DNA from: a virus
Taxonomy: Duplodnaviria > Caudoviricetes
Direction: 5' to 3' (one strand)
IMG/VR virus record: IMGVR_UViG_3300028832_000100
DNA: 64,000 nucleotides
The position numbers and the translations under genes were made by a program. Under the pieces are notes generated by a model that was given only the letters and a program-made list of their open reading frames with translations, was not told the origin of the DNA and ran no database searches. Position 1 is the first letter of the stretch. Every line of letters starts with the position of its first letter. Shown here piece by piece: positions 29,001 through 38,854 of this stretch.

Positions 29001-30675
29001 ACTCCTTATCTATTTTTTCTTTGCCTACATCAATTTCTTCATAAGTTGGATTTAATTGAATTAGTAGACCTTCAAGTGTTCCGACATTTGCAGTTTCATC
29101 TGCAATGGTATTTTTCAAAGGTTCAAGGTATTCATCAAACCCTTCAAAATCAAATGTAGCCAGAGCACTGTTATATTGGTCAATTAAATTCCATTGCTGT
29201 TGGATTAGATCATGCAATACGGATGAAAGACCGCGAACTCTATCTTCTTCTGTTGGCTCTGTTTGTTTTACTTCCATTTCTTCCATATCTTCCTTTAATG
29301 ATTCATCTTTCCTGTCCCAATAAGAAAGTGCAACTGCATATCTTTGTTTTCTGTCTGGATATTCATCTTTTGTTACAGACATAAATCTGCTAATAAAATC
29401 TTTTTTAGATTCACCCTTATTAGGATATACTTCTGTAATGACACTTTCTTGGAGCGATTCATTAGACTGTTTTGGAATATCTCCGTCTGTGCAGTGGATT
29501 GTGTAGTTGCCGGTATCGTAGTTCCAATACGACCCACTTCTGATCGTGTTCCATTGATCAATTGTGCCTTGATAGGTGATGCTCATAAGCCCTGTACAAT
29601 AGTAGAACGCCAGACCGCCAATGATCATAATGCTATCCGGGATCGTTACGCTCGTAAGCTCTGTACAAACGGCGAATGCAGAAACTCCAATGCTCGTGAC
29701 ACTATCCGGGATTGTGACGTTTGTAAGCCCTGTACAACCGGGGAACGCACGCTCTCCAATGCTCGTGACGCCATCCGGAATCACCAAATCGGTTACCAAT
29801 TCCCCATTGAGATAGAGATTATGTGCATAATACAATGGGTTTGCAGAGGAGTTTCCAAACGAAATGCCGCACCATGCCGCAAGATCGGTAATATAAACGC
29901 TCGTAAGCCCTGTACAACCGGAGAACGCATCATATCCAATGCTAACAACACTGCTTGGGATTGTGATGCTCTCAAGCCCTGTGCAACCAGAGAATGCACC
30001 TTGACTTATTGCTGTGACGCTGTCCGGGATTTCAGCATTTTTTACATCCTTACTACACTTAATTAAAACATTATCTTTAATATAAAGACCATTGGTGTAT
30101 GAAATTGGCTTATATACACCCTTTATTTCAACCCCGTCAGGAATATAGTCTACCTCTTTATCTGTCTCGTCAAAGATTTCGTAATTCTTTCTATTTTCAG
30201 GATCGCTTGCGAGTGCGTATTTACGGTTATCTTTCTTGCTAATGAAAAAGTAAAACTCTATTCCTTTGTCTGTGTATTGTTTCCAATACTTATTTTCATT
30301 TTCGTCTTGAATCCAACCGGATTCTTTACCGGTGATGCACCATTTTGTGTTAGAACCGTACTTTTTAGCCGCTTCAAATGTGTTTATCTTATAAACTTTG
30401 TAATAATCGTTTTCAGCAACTAAATCAGCACCCTTTTTGGCTTCTTTATCTATTTGGGAGCGTGTCGGTGTTTCTTCGAGGGCATCCAATGCTTTTGTAA
30501 GCTCTTCCGGCTCTTTCTTTATCCAATAGTAGAGGTCTTTTTCCGCTCCCTTAAGACGGTCTTTTAATTTTAAGAATCTGTTTGCTTCTTCTTCACCAAC
30601 ATGAGCAATTAGTTTGTCTGTATCTGCTTTTGCTTCTGTTAGTAAATCTTCTTGAAGTAATTTTTTTATTTTCAA
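28993..30675 (-). CDS. Mosaic protein: N-terminal domain (GSNTKWCIT...YFFI), BspA LRRs, small basic domain, ferritin-like helix pair; LxE-delimited
   Basis: LQE/LTE at the N-terminus; NESLQESVITE and DESLKE at domain junctions. Confidence 0.75.
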   Translation of the reverse strand: MKIKKLLQEDLLTEAKADTDKLIAHVGEEEANRFLKLKDRLKGAEKDLYYWIKKEPEELTKALDALEETPTRSQIDKEAKKGADLVAENDYYKVYKINTFEAAKKYGSNTKWCITGKESGWIQDENENKYWKQYTDKGIEFYFFISKKDNRKYALASDPENRKNYEIFDETDKEVDYIPDGVEIKGVYKPISYTNGLYIKDNVLIKCSKDVKNAEIPDSVTAISQGAFSGCTGLESITIPSSVVSIGYDAFSGCTGLTSVYITDLAAWCGISFGNSSANPLYYAHNLYLNGELVTDLVIPDGVTSIGERAFPGCTGLTNVTIPDSVTSIGVSAFAVCTELTSVTIPDSIMIIGGLAFYYCTGLMSITYQGTIDQWNTIRSGSYWNYDTGNYTIHCTDGDIPKQSNESLQESVITEVYPNKGESKKDFISRFMSVTKDEYPDRKQRYAVALSYWDRKDESLKEDMEEMEVKQTEPTEEDRVRGLSSVLHDLIQQQWNLIDQYNSALATFDFEGFDEYLEPLKNTIADETANVGTLEGLLIQLNPTYEEIDVGKEKIDKEFV

Positions 30676-30774
30676 GGTTGTCTTCTCCTTGTCAATCTTA
30701 TGTGAATATGAACAGATAGGTTTCCACCCAATTTATGCTGAATGGAAACCTATATTTAGAATAATTCTTATTCT

Positions 30775-32553
30775 TTATTTAAGCAATCCCCAAGGATCGT
30801 CTTTAGTTCTTTTTCCTTCGTCTTTTGAAATATCTACAATGGTGTAATGATCTTTCCAAGTCTTATCTTTTCCATTGTCAGAAATAAAAGTTTCTGCTTC
30901 TTCTTCTGTTTCAAAAGTTGCTGCTCTATCAAAAGAACCTACATTATAATCTTTTGAAACATATTTTCCGTTTTCGTGCTTTACAGCATACTTACCTTTT
31001 TTAGCTTCTTCTTTGAGAGATTCTTCTTGAAAATCCTTGAAAATATGTCTGTAATAGGGTTCTCTTTTAAAGTTTGAAATCAATTCTTTAATAGAGGGAA
31101 ATAGATCAATAGTCCATTCCTTGAACCATTTATCTGGGTCTTGAGAAGCTCTTTCAAATTCGGACTTACCCATTAAAGCATATTTATTCTTGTACTTTGC
31201 AACAACCCAATTACCAGGCACCTTGACATTTGTTGCTTTCAAAACTGACTTTTCATCAGATTCTTTGAGAGATTCATTGGTGTCATCTTCGTCCTCATCA
31301 TCGTCTTCGTGACCTTCAAAGTGCTTACTATCAAAGTCATTCATACGACAGATAAATTCAAGGTACTCTCCAAGTTCATCTGTACCCATGGCTTGAACGA
31401 TCTGCTTGTTTACATCGTCTTCACCCCATGCTTCACACAATTCTTCATACAGATCCATTTCTTCACCGGGCTTTACTTGCCACCCATAGTTATCTTCTGT
31501 GAGTTTCTTTGATTCAGTTACTTTATCTTTCTTGTTAGGAGTGACCAAGAAGATAAGGTTTCCTTTTTCACCGACAACTTCATATCCTTTATTCACTAAT
31601 TCTCTAAGCTTTTTAAGATATCCCTTTTGTGATTTGTCAATGGTTTCCTTTTTATAGTAACCCTTGTTTTCTCCGCTCCCGCCACGCTTGTTGGCAACAG
31701 GTCTGCCAGTTTCGTCGTAAGTAACTCTTACATCTTTCAGAGGAGCTGGTTTATTAGGGACAGTGATTACAAGAACATCTGCATCCTTATCTTTTCTTTG
31801 AGAATAAGTAACACCCTCATCTGCATATCTACTAATAATGCTAATAGCAGGATCAAATGTAGTAATATATCTTGTTCTTTTTGCTTTTGCTTGTGATGCC
31901 TTTTCTGGATCAACAGTAATAGTAATGATGTTTTCATCAGAACCACCAACAGAACCAATTTGATTTACTGCATATCCAACACCACTGTTGCTAGAGAACT
32001 TTCCCCAAATATCATACTTGTCACCGTCAGCAGTCAACTGCGCGTAGATTTCATCAAAGAGGTCGTGATAAGTTTTACTGTCTGATGCTTTTCTTCTTGT
32101 CGGAGCGGTAATCTCTATATAATCATCTTTGATTTCTACGCTTGCTTCTGGATATTTTTTAGCCATTGAAACAGCAGTCTTTTTGTCTTCTTCATCATCA
32201 ATATAGAATTTCACAATACCGACAGTTTCATCTCTATTGTATGAAGTCTTTCTTTGATAATCTGGAAATTCGTGAGCGATTTCCCTGTACACATCAGTAA
32301 ACTCATCTACATACTCTTCTGTGTCTTCTTCAAGAGATTCAGACATATGTAATTTCTTCTTCGTAATGGATTTTACTTCTTTGTTTAATTTTTCGGTATC
32401 TTTAACAAAGTCTTCTGCTTCCTTGTCAAGTTCTTTGTTCACTTTGTCAGATTGCTCTTTGTGTGCTTCAGTTGCTTCAATAGTTTTCATAACATCTGGT
32501 GTAACAGTGCTATAAATTTCTTCTGCAAGTGTTTTACCTTTGCTTATTTTCAT
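30775..32553 (-). CDS. Acidic mosaic protein with LxE-delimited domains
   Basis: LAEE, MSESLEE, VTESKKLTE, NESLKES, EESLKEE. Confidence 0.75.
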   Translation of the reverse strand: MKISKGKTLAEEIYSTVTPDVMKTIEATEAHKEQSDKVNKELDKEAEDFVKDTEKLNKEVKSITKKKLHMSESLEEDTEEYVDEFTDVYREIAHEFPDYQRKTSYNRDETVGIVKFYIDDEEDKKTAVSMAKKYPEASVEIKDDYIEITAPTRRKASDSKTYHDLFDEIYAQLTADGDKYDIWGKFSSNSGVGYAVNQIGSVGGSDENIITITVDPEKASQAKAKRTRYITTFDPAISIISRYADEGVTYSQRKDKDADVLVITVPNKPAPLKDVRVTYDETGRPVANKRGGSGENKGYYKKETIDKSQKGYLKKLRELVNKGYEVVGEKGNLIFLVTPNKKDKVTESKKLTEDNYGWQVKPGEEMDLYEELCEAWGEDDVNKQIVQAMGTDELGEYLEFICRMNDFDSKHFEGHEDDDEDEDDTNESLKESDEKSVLKATNVKVPGNWVVAKYKNKYALMGKSEFERASQDPDKWFKEWTIDLFPSIKELISNFKREPYYRHIFKDFQEESLKEEAKKGKYAVKHENGKYVSKDYNVGSFDRAATFETEEEAETFISDNGKDKTWKDHYTIVDISKDEGKRTKDDPWGLLK

Positions 32554-32559
32554 TTGTAA

Positions 32560-35391
32560 TCAAATCCCCTTTATATCAACTTCATCATCTTCCGCAGAAC
32601 CATAAACAGTATCATCTACTTTATTCGTTCCATCATTAACAGAAACATTTACAGATACGCTTGACTCATCAAGTTTCTTTTCTTCTTCGACAGGTTCTTC
32701 TGGTGTGTCTACTAACTCAATGTCAACACCATCAGGAAGATCGTCTTCACAAGAGCAGTTTTTCTTGTCACCAAGTTTTACAACTCCATCAAGCATTTCA
32801 TCAGGTGTCTTTTCAAGAACATAGTCAACAATATCATCATCGTCAATAGAACCGTTTTCTAATGACTTTCTGATTTTTCTTTCGTTCTCTCTGTCTTCTT
32901 TAGTAGGCTTTCTAACAGGCTCTCTATCAATATTTACAAGTCTTCTTTGAATATTTCTTCTGCGAACAGGATTTACAGAATCATCCGTAGGATATTCGTC
33001 GTCAATAGAATCGGTAGGATATTCATCATCTGTAATTTCTTCCCCATACCAAGAAATGTCATCATCTACATGATATGACTCTCCGAGGTCACTATCAAAA
33101 TACTCTTTTGATCTTTCCTTGTCAAGTTTTCTCCGCTCCTGCGCTAATGACCATGCACTTTCACCACATTTCGAGCAATATTGATCTCCATCCTCTGTGT
33201 ACTCTAATCTCTTTCCACAAATAGGACAATAAGTCATATCACCGCCGTAAATACCTGCAAGTTCAAAATCATCATATTCATCATCCCATGATTCATTGAC
33301 TTTTTGTTTCGACTCAACAACAGCATTCTCTATTTCTCCAATGCTTTCTTCTTCGCCTTTTTCAAGTTGACCTTGTGCTTCAACTTCACCAGATTTAATC
33401 TTTACAGTGTCGGAAGAAAGAGTTTCAAGTGCTTTCTGAAGTTGTCCTACATGAACGTTTTCTTCCTCAACAATGTCTTGAATGACAGGAATAATATCTT
33501 TATACTTATCACCAGATTCATTAGAAAGAATGGTAATGATATTGTTATAAAGAGAAATCGTCTTCCACTCATCCTCAATCGCTGTAATGATGTTATCAGC
33601 AACGAAGTTTTCTTCACCATTTTCAGGAGTTAAACTTTCTTTCAAGTTATTTTCAAATCTCCTCTCCACCTCAGCAGCTACCCTATCAAAGACTTGATTG
33701 TCGAGGTTTTTACCTAGGAGCGAACCAATGTCACTATTATTCGATAGAGCGTTTCTTACCTTACCAAATGTTACTTCTTTGTCAATATCTTCTACTTGGT
33801 AATCATCCGGGTAGGTCTTTTTGTACCAAGAGTAAATCGTTTCGTCCGCACGGTTCTTGCTTTCTTCAAGGGATTCTCCCCACTTCGCTCCACGCTTTTT
33901 ATTTGCAAACATTGCCTTTCTCTGTGCGTCTGCTTCTTTCTTTGTTTTGAAAGTACCGTGAGTACCTTCTTTACCTTTATTAGTCCATTTACCAGACTTT
34001 GTTTTTACAGTGTCTTCTTTAACAGATTTATTGATGGACTCCTCAATTATTTCACCAGTTTTATTGTTAAACTTGTATGTTTCTCCATCAATTTTTACTA
34101 AATCTACATCAGCAGCCATGCCAATCCACTCATACTTACGTGGCGATCTTCTGAATTTTTTATTATAAGATGCAAGGTACTTCTTCATTTCTTGTGGAAC
34201 GAATGGTTTTCTGCCATACTCCACTATCTTTATATCATCATACAAGGATGAGTCTACTTCTTTTGCATATTCTTCGGCATCTTCTTTTGAATTATCGTTG
34301 TTCAAGGAAGAAAATCTCTTGATAGTTTTATAGGTATTATCACTTAAATCCCTACCATAAACAGAATATCCAAAATCTTCTTTGAGAGAATCTTTTGTTA
34401 ATGTGGATTCGTCAGAAGCGTTGTCTACAAAATCTAAATTGTTTGGATGTGCCAGAAATGAATTATCTTTGAATCCCATAAAATCTCTGGTGTCATCTGC
34501 TTCAATATCAAACACCTCTAAAGTACCCTGCCACCCTTTGTCTTTAATGATGCCGGTTCTTCCAATGTTTCTCTCACCGCCAGATGTCCATCCGTCATTG
34601 TTTACATATTTTACTCTATCCCCTTTAATAAAAACCCTATATGGTTTCCTCTGACTAAGTGGTGCACTCTCTGATACATTCTTTCTTCTCTCTTTAATCT
34701 TATCAAGAAGATGATCCTTTGTCAGTGGTTTTGCTTTCTTTAAGAAGACAAGATTTTTATCATCATTATACATATTGTGTATAATTTCATCAAAAGACGC
34801 AACATCAAAACCAGATTCACCTACTGTTGATTTGTCATATCCCCAAGCATTTCTTCCACCGTTAGAAATGAAAATGGGTTCTCCGGCATCATAAAGTTTT
34901 CTTGCCTCTTCTTTATCTATTTTGCGAAGGTCTTCTTTTATATTTCTATTTCTCATCATTTTTGAATTTCCTCTACTTAATACTTCCTCTATCAGTTTTT
35001 CTTTCAACTCTATTCCTTCTTCATCTTGCTTTATGTTAAGAAGATTTAATGAAATATTCGTTTTAGACGGATTTACTATTTCTTTGTACTTCAAACTCTT
35101 AAACACATCAATGGCATTTGCATTTATAAGTTCTTTTACATATTCGTCATTATTCATATTCATTTCACTACTTTTGAACTTTTTGTGAATTGAACTATTC
35201 CAGTTTTTCTTACTAATATAATTTGGAAGAAGAATTATGTTTCTAACTCTGTTGTCTTCGTGAACACCATTTTTGTGATGAATAATAAATTCGGTACTAT
35301 CTGGATAATATTTACAGTATAAACCTAATAGGTCACAAATAAACTGCCGAAGAGATGTTTCCCCTCTATATTTAGATTCGTTAAGAAACAT
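32560..35391 (-). CDS. Large mosaic protein (HNH-like, SH3/KOW-like, ferritin-like, Zn-ribbon modules), LxE-delimited; probable start MFLNE at 35391
   Basis: HHKNG-H-DN-N; FIKGDRVKYV; EDEW...EEENVH; CPIC...CSKC; more than 10 (L/I/V)xE(S/D) junction motifs; ORF track extends the start to 35466. Confidence 0.75.
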   Translation of the reverse strand: MFLNESKYRGETSLRQFICDLLGLYCKYYPDSTEFIIHHKNGVHEDNRVRNIILLPNYISKKNWNSSIHKKFKSSEMNMNNDEYVKELINANAIDVFKSLKYKEIVNPSKTNISLNLLNIKQDEEGIELKEKLIEEVLSRGNSKMMRNRNIKEDLRKIDKEEARKLYDAGEPIFISNGGRNAWGYDKSTVGESGFDVASFDEIIHNMYNDDKNLVFLKKAKPLTKDHLLDKIKERRKNVSESAPLSQRKPYRVFIKGDRVKYVNNDGWTSGGERNIGRTGIIKDKGWQGTLEVFDIEADDTRDFMGFKDNSFLAHPNNLDFVDNASDESTLTKDSLKEDFGYSVYGRDLSDNTYKTIKRFSSLNNDNSKEDAEEYAKEVDSSLYDDIKIVEYGRKPFVPQEMKKYLASYNKKFRRSPRKYEWIGMAADVDLVKIDGETYKFNNKTGEIIEESINKSVKEDTVKTKSGKWTNKGKEGTHGTFKTKKEADAQRKAMFANKKRGAKWGESLEESKNRADETIYSWYKKTYPDDYQVEDIDKEVTFGKVRNALSNNSDIGSLLGKNLDNQVFDRVAAEVERRFENNLKESLTPENGEENFVADNIITAIEDEWKTISLYNNIITILSNESGDKYKDIIPVIQDIVEEENVHVGQLQKALETLSSDTVKIKSGEVEAQGQLEKGEEESIGEIENAVVESKQKVNESWDDEYDDFELAGIYGGDMTYCPICGKRLEYTEDGDQYCSKCGESAWSLAQERRKLDKERSKEYFDSDLGESYHVDDDISWYGEEITDDEYPTDSIDDEYPTDDSVNPVRRRNIQRRLVNIDREPVRKPTKEDRENERKIRKSLENGSIDDDDIVDYVLEKTPDEMLDGVVKLGDKKNCSCEDDLPDGVDIELVDTPEEPVEEEKKLDESSVSVNVSVNDGTNKVDDTVYGSAEDDEVDIKGI

Positions 35392-35419
35392 CTCTTCCTG
35401 TTCCAATAAATATTCTGTA

Positions 35420-37504
35420 TTATTTTGCAAGGTTGTACTCTTTGTAAAGTTGCTTCTTTTCTGCATAGTCTATTAAATGATATTTATATTGTGTGTCTAT
35501 AAAAGCTTTAATATAGTCAATATTTGTCACATTTTTCAAGTGTGTTCTTATTTCATTGACCATATTATCAGAATCTAAATTGGTATAAATTTTTGTGTCT
35601 TCTTTGAGAGATGGTTTTACAGCAAATGTCCAATGTGAAGTATTCACTCCATCAAGCCCATCCCCATCATCCGAGGTCACAAACTCATGGTCTGGGTCTT
35701 CCGCGACACCAACTTCATAAATTCTATATCCTTCTTGATTAGGCTTTCTATTGATGCTTACAACAGTACCTTTTTTGAAAGAATCACCGATTCTTGGAAA
35801 TTCATTTATACTGATTATTTGTGCATTTCCAATAAATTTAAGGTCATCTGTTTCCTCTTTCAAGGCACCTTTTTCCATCTTATTAAGCCTATCATAATAA
35901 TCAGGAATTTCAAAGAGGTGGTCAAGAGCAATTCTTTCTGCTTTCTTTTCATCATCAGTATGCTCTTTCTCTACTTTAATACCTTTTTGAAGTTGTGCTT
36001 TAATATCTTCTACTGATACATTATGCTTTTTAGCAATATCTTCAACAGACATATTATTGGAGATTCCTTCTTTCATAGAATCAGTAACTACACCTTTTCT
36101 GGTCTTATTTCTTAAAGAACGATAATCAGAAGGGACTTCTGTATAGCCAGCATCCTTGATTAAGTCAACAATGTCCTCATACTCTTGACGATTCTTTAAT
36201 TCAATATCCGCTCTACCCATAGAGAATTCACCACGTTCAAATGTCTTATCTCTATTGTTAATGCGAAGTTCTTGAATAGTATAATTATAAGGATTTCTTA
36301 CAATCATATTTTGAATGTCATGTGAACCGAGTTTGAATCCACGAGGAAATTTTGTTCTTTTTTCTTCTTTTAGAGCATCATTTATAATAGACCAATCATA
36401 TCCACCTATAAGCCAACCGCCTACTTCATCAGAAACCGCATCTGAAATTTTGTCATGGAAGTATTCATCATCATCCTGTGGATCATCGGATGGAATATGA
36501 TCTGTTTTGATTTCTACAACAATCTCATTTGGGAGCGATTCTTCAATTTCTTCAATCTTTTTCTCGCAGGCTTCTATATAGTCAGCGTGATTAGCAAAAT
36601 CTTCTTCATTAAAATATTCTGCTACATCCTCATCTGTGATGTCCCAATCCATATTGAATACTTTTACTTTTACGGTGTCGTCTTCTATTCTATTTGCATC
36701 TTCTTCAATAGCAAACTTATCCTCTACAACATCATCGATGATATATTTTCTGTCAGAAATCTTTTCTGCTTTATCCCCATATTTTTTAAGGATTCTTTCT
36801 GTTTCTTTTCTGTTCTTTGCAATATATGGGTTTGATCCAGACTTAAATCTGAAAAGAACCCACTTATCTTCTACTGACTCACCAATAGGTTTAGGATCTC
36901 TGTGCATATAAAGAACAGCAATGGCATCATTACCATTACTCATAATCTTATAGTAATCAGTCATATGCTTCCAATCAGCATCTTCTGGAAGGAAGTGTTC
37001 AAACCACATTCCCCATCCTTCATATTCAGGATCATTCTTGAAGTCTTCAAAACTTCCTTTATAAATATCAAAAGTTCCGCGAGGAGTTCTTAATTTTTCT
37101 TGTGTGATCTTTTCGCCAACAGACTCATTCGTATCTTCACATTTATTTGCTTCATCAAGACCAATGTTGGAATCTTCTTCCTCATCTTCTAATGAATAGG
37201 AATCAAACCACTCTTGTGCGCTTTCTTCTGACTCTGATTCCCAGTCATAATATTCAGGATCTCCGTAGTCTACATCGGAAGAGAAGTAGAATCTATGCAA
37301 ACCTTTTTTTGGATTCTTATACCACATATATGCATCTCTGAAACCGTCCTTGTCATAGACATCCTTGCTTGCCACATATTCCCATCCATGACTTTCAAGA
37401 GTTTCATTGTCAAAGTCATCTTCGGTCATGTCAAAATGATCTGCTGCTTCTTCCTCACCGGGAATATCAAAATCTTCATTTAATATATATTTCTCTTTAC
37501 TCAT
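35420..37504 (-). CDS. Acidic mosaic protein with DUF5661-like domain, LxE-delimited; probable start MSKEK at 37504
   Basis: GIKVEKEHT...IALDHL-EIPDYY; ILNED, LDEA, IGES, IEED, LKEE, MKEG, LKEE, LKED; GAGG RBS. Confidence 0.75.
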   Translation of the reverse strand: MSKEKYILNEDFDIPGEEEAADHFDMTEDDFDNETLESHGWEYVASKDVYDKDGFRDAYMWYKNPKKGLHRFYFSSDVDYGDPEYYDWESESEESAQEWFDSYSLEDEEEDSNIGLDEANKCEDTNESVGEKITQEKLRTPRGTFDIYKGSFEDFKNDPEYEGWGMWFEHFLPEDADWKHMTDYYKIMSNGNDAIAVLYMHRDPKPIGESVEDKWVLFRFKSGSNPYIAKNRKETERILKKYGDKAEKISDRKYIIDDVVEDKFAIEEDANRIEDDTVKVKVFNMDWDITDEDVAEYFNEEDFANHADYIEACEKKIEEIEESLPNEIVVEIKTDHIPSDDPQDDDEYFHDKISDAVSDEVGGWLIGGYDWSIINDALKEEKRTKFPRGFKLGSHDIQNMIVRNPYNYTIQELRINNRDKTFERGEFSMGRADIELKNRQEYEDIVDLIKDAGYTEVPSDYRSLRNKTRKGVVTDSMKEGISNNMSVEDIAKKHNVSVEDIKAQLQKGIKVEKEHTDDEKKAERIALDHLFEIPDYYDRLNKMEKGALKEETDDLKFIGNAQIISINEFPRIGDSFKKGTVVSINRKPNQEGYRIYEVGVAEDPDHEFVTSDDGDGLDGVNTSHWTFAVKPSLKEDTKIYTNLDSDNMVNEIRTHLKNVTNIDYIKAFIDTQYKYHLIDYAEKKQLYKEYNLAK

Positions 37505-37516
37505 TTTATACCTCAA

Positions 37517-38149
37517 TCAGTTTGTTTGATAAGCATAGTATTCAATGTAGCCATCTTCGTCTGCAAGTTCATGCTCCGCTCCATCATAACCTGCAAGGAA
37601 GTGACCGCGACCATCCCATTTGATACATTCATCTACGATCTTTTGAATATCATAAGAATTGGTTTCTTTAACAAGTCTTGCTACTTCTTCTTTGCCAAAA
37701 TTGTCCTCAATATATCCAACATAGTCATCTACTTCATCGAAGAGTTTTTCTGCAAGTTCATCTTGAATACTACTATAAAGATCATCATTTTCCAGATCTT
37801 CACCAGTTGTTCCTTCTTCTACAATATCAAGACGAATCGCTTCTTCTGCCATGCGATCTTTATCATAGTCAAGAGTATCATAGACATAATTTTCTATATC
37901 TTCTTTTACAATATCATAAAAGAAATCTTCATCAACAGCATTTTCATAAATCCAATCTTGAAATTCTGGGGTGAACCCTTCGATCCCAGCATCATCAATA
38001 AAAGATTCAATATAATCTTTTGTAGCTTCGTCTGCTTCTGCTTCCGTAAATACTTTATACTCTGCATCTTCGGTTTCAAAGGTATCATCGTCATACCCTT
38101 GTTTAACTTCAACTCCGAGGTATTTTTCAAGTGCTTCTTGTTTAGTCAT
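37517..38149 (-). CDS. Highly acidic protein, possible DNA mimic/anti-restriction
   Basis: Very D/E-rich; DGRGHFLAGYDG motif; own sigmaA promoter. Confidence 0.55.
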   Translation of the reverse strand: MTKQEALEKYLGVEVKQGYDDDTFETEDAEYKVFTEAEADEATKDYIESFIDDAGIEGFTPEFQDWIYENAVDEDFFYDIVKEDIENYVYDTLDYDKDRMAEEAIRLDIVEEGTTGEDLENDDLYSSIQDELAEKLFDEVDDYVGYIEDNFGKEEVARLVKETNSYDIQKIVDECIKWDGRGHFLAGYDGAEHELADEDGYIEYYAYQTN

Positions 38150-38179
38150 TTTTATAAATCTCCTTTGTGATTTTTATAT

Positions 38180-38208
38180 ATTATATCACAAGTTTTTTCT
38201 TTTGTCAA
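38180..38208 (-). promoter_or_regulatory. sigma70/sigmaA promoter
   Basis: TTGACA-17bp-TATAAT with TG extension. Confidence 0.8.
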
Positions 38209-38236
38209 TAGTTTTGTAAATTTTTTCAAAACATTT

Positions 38237-38833
38237 TTAATCATCGTCACAGAACAAGAATTTATAAATGTCTGCTTTTGTCAGCCAACTTATACCAAAA
38301 AAGAATAAGGCAACGGCTTCAATAAGCCATGTCTTAATGTAAAAATCTGGCAATAAAAATAATAGGAATGATCCTAACATTCCAATACCGCAAACTATAT
38401 AAATAATATTTCTGATTTTCTTTTTCTTTGTAGGATATCCGTCAGACTTTGTAAATAAGAACAAGGAACTGAGTGATAACAGCGCAAAGAAACATGCTGC
38501 ACAAACATTGTGAATAATTCCACTAACTTCTACTGGAAGATTGAATGTACCCACTCTTACAAATAATTCTGTCTCACAAGGGAACAAACAAATACCAATG
38601 CCAAAAATACCAGAAGCAGTAAATATAATGTCATCAAGAACAGAATACCCCTTATAACAAATAAGGAGTATTCCGGCTGATCCAAGAACTATCATAAATA
38701 CTGCAACGGCATTGGTGTAATATGTGGAAGAAATCGAAGGTGGAAATCCACCTGTAATAAGAACAACCAACCAAGGAAGAAAAATACCAAGCCAACCAAG
38801 AGTTGCTCTAAGTCTTTTTGTATTTACACCCAT
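38237..38833 (-). CDS. Multi-pass membrane protein (DUF998-like)
   Basis: About six hydrophobic helices; SISSTYY, H, E motifs. Confidence 0.6.
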   Translation of the reverse strand: MGVNTKRLRATLGWLGIFLPWLVVLITGGFPPSISSTYYTNAVAVFMIVLGSAGILLICYKGYSVLDDIIFTASGIFGIGICLFPCETELFVRVGTFNLPVEVSGIIHNVCAACFFALLSLSSLFLFTKSDGYPTKKKKIRNIIYIVCGIGMLGSFLLFLLPDFYIKTWLIEAVALFFFGISWLTKADIYKFLFCDDD

Positions 38834-38854
38834 AATAGTTACATCTTCTTTCTA

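Noticed and set aside
19072-30020. Diversity-generating retroelement acting on the LRR genes
   Set aside because: No reverse transcriptase and no clear template/variable repeat pair in this window
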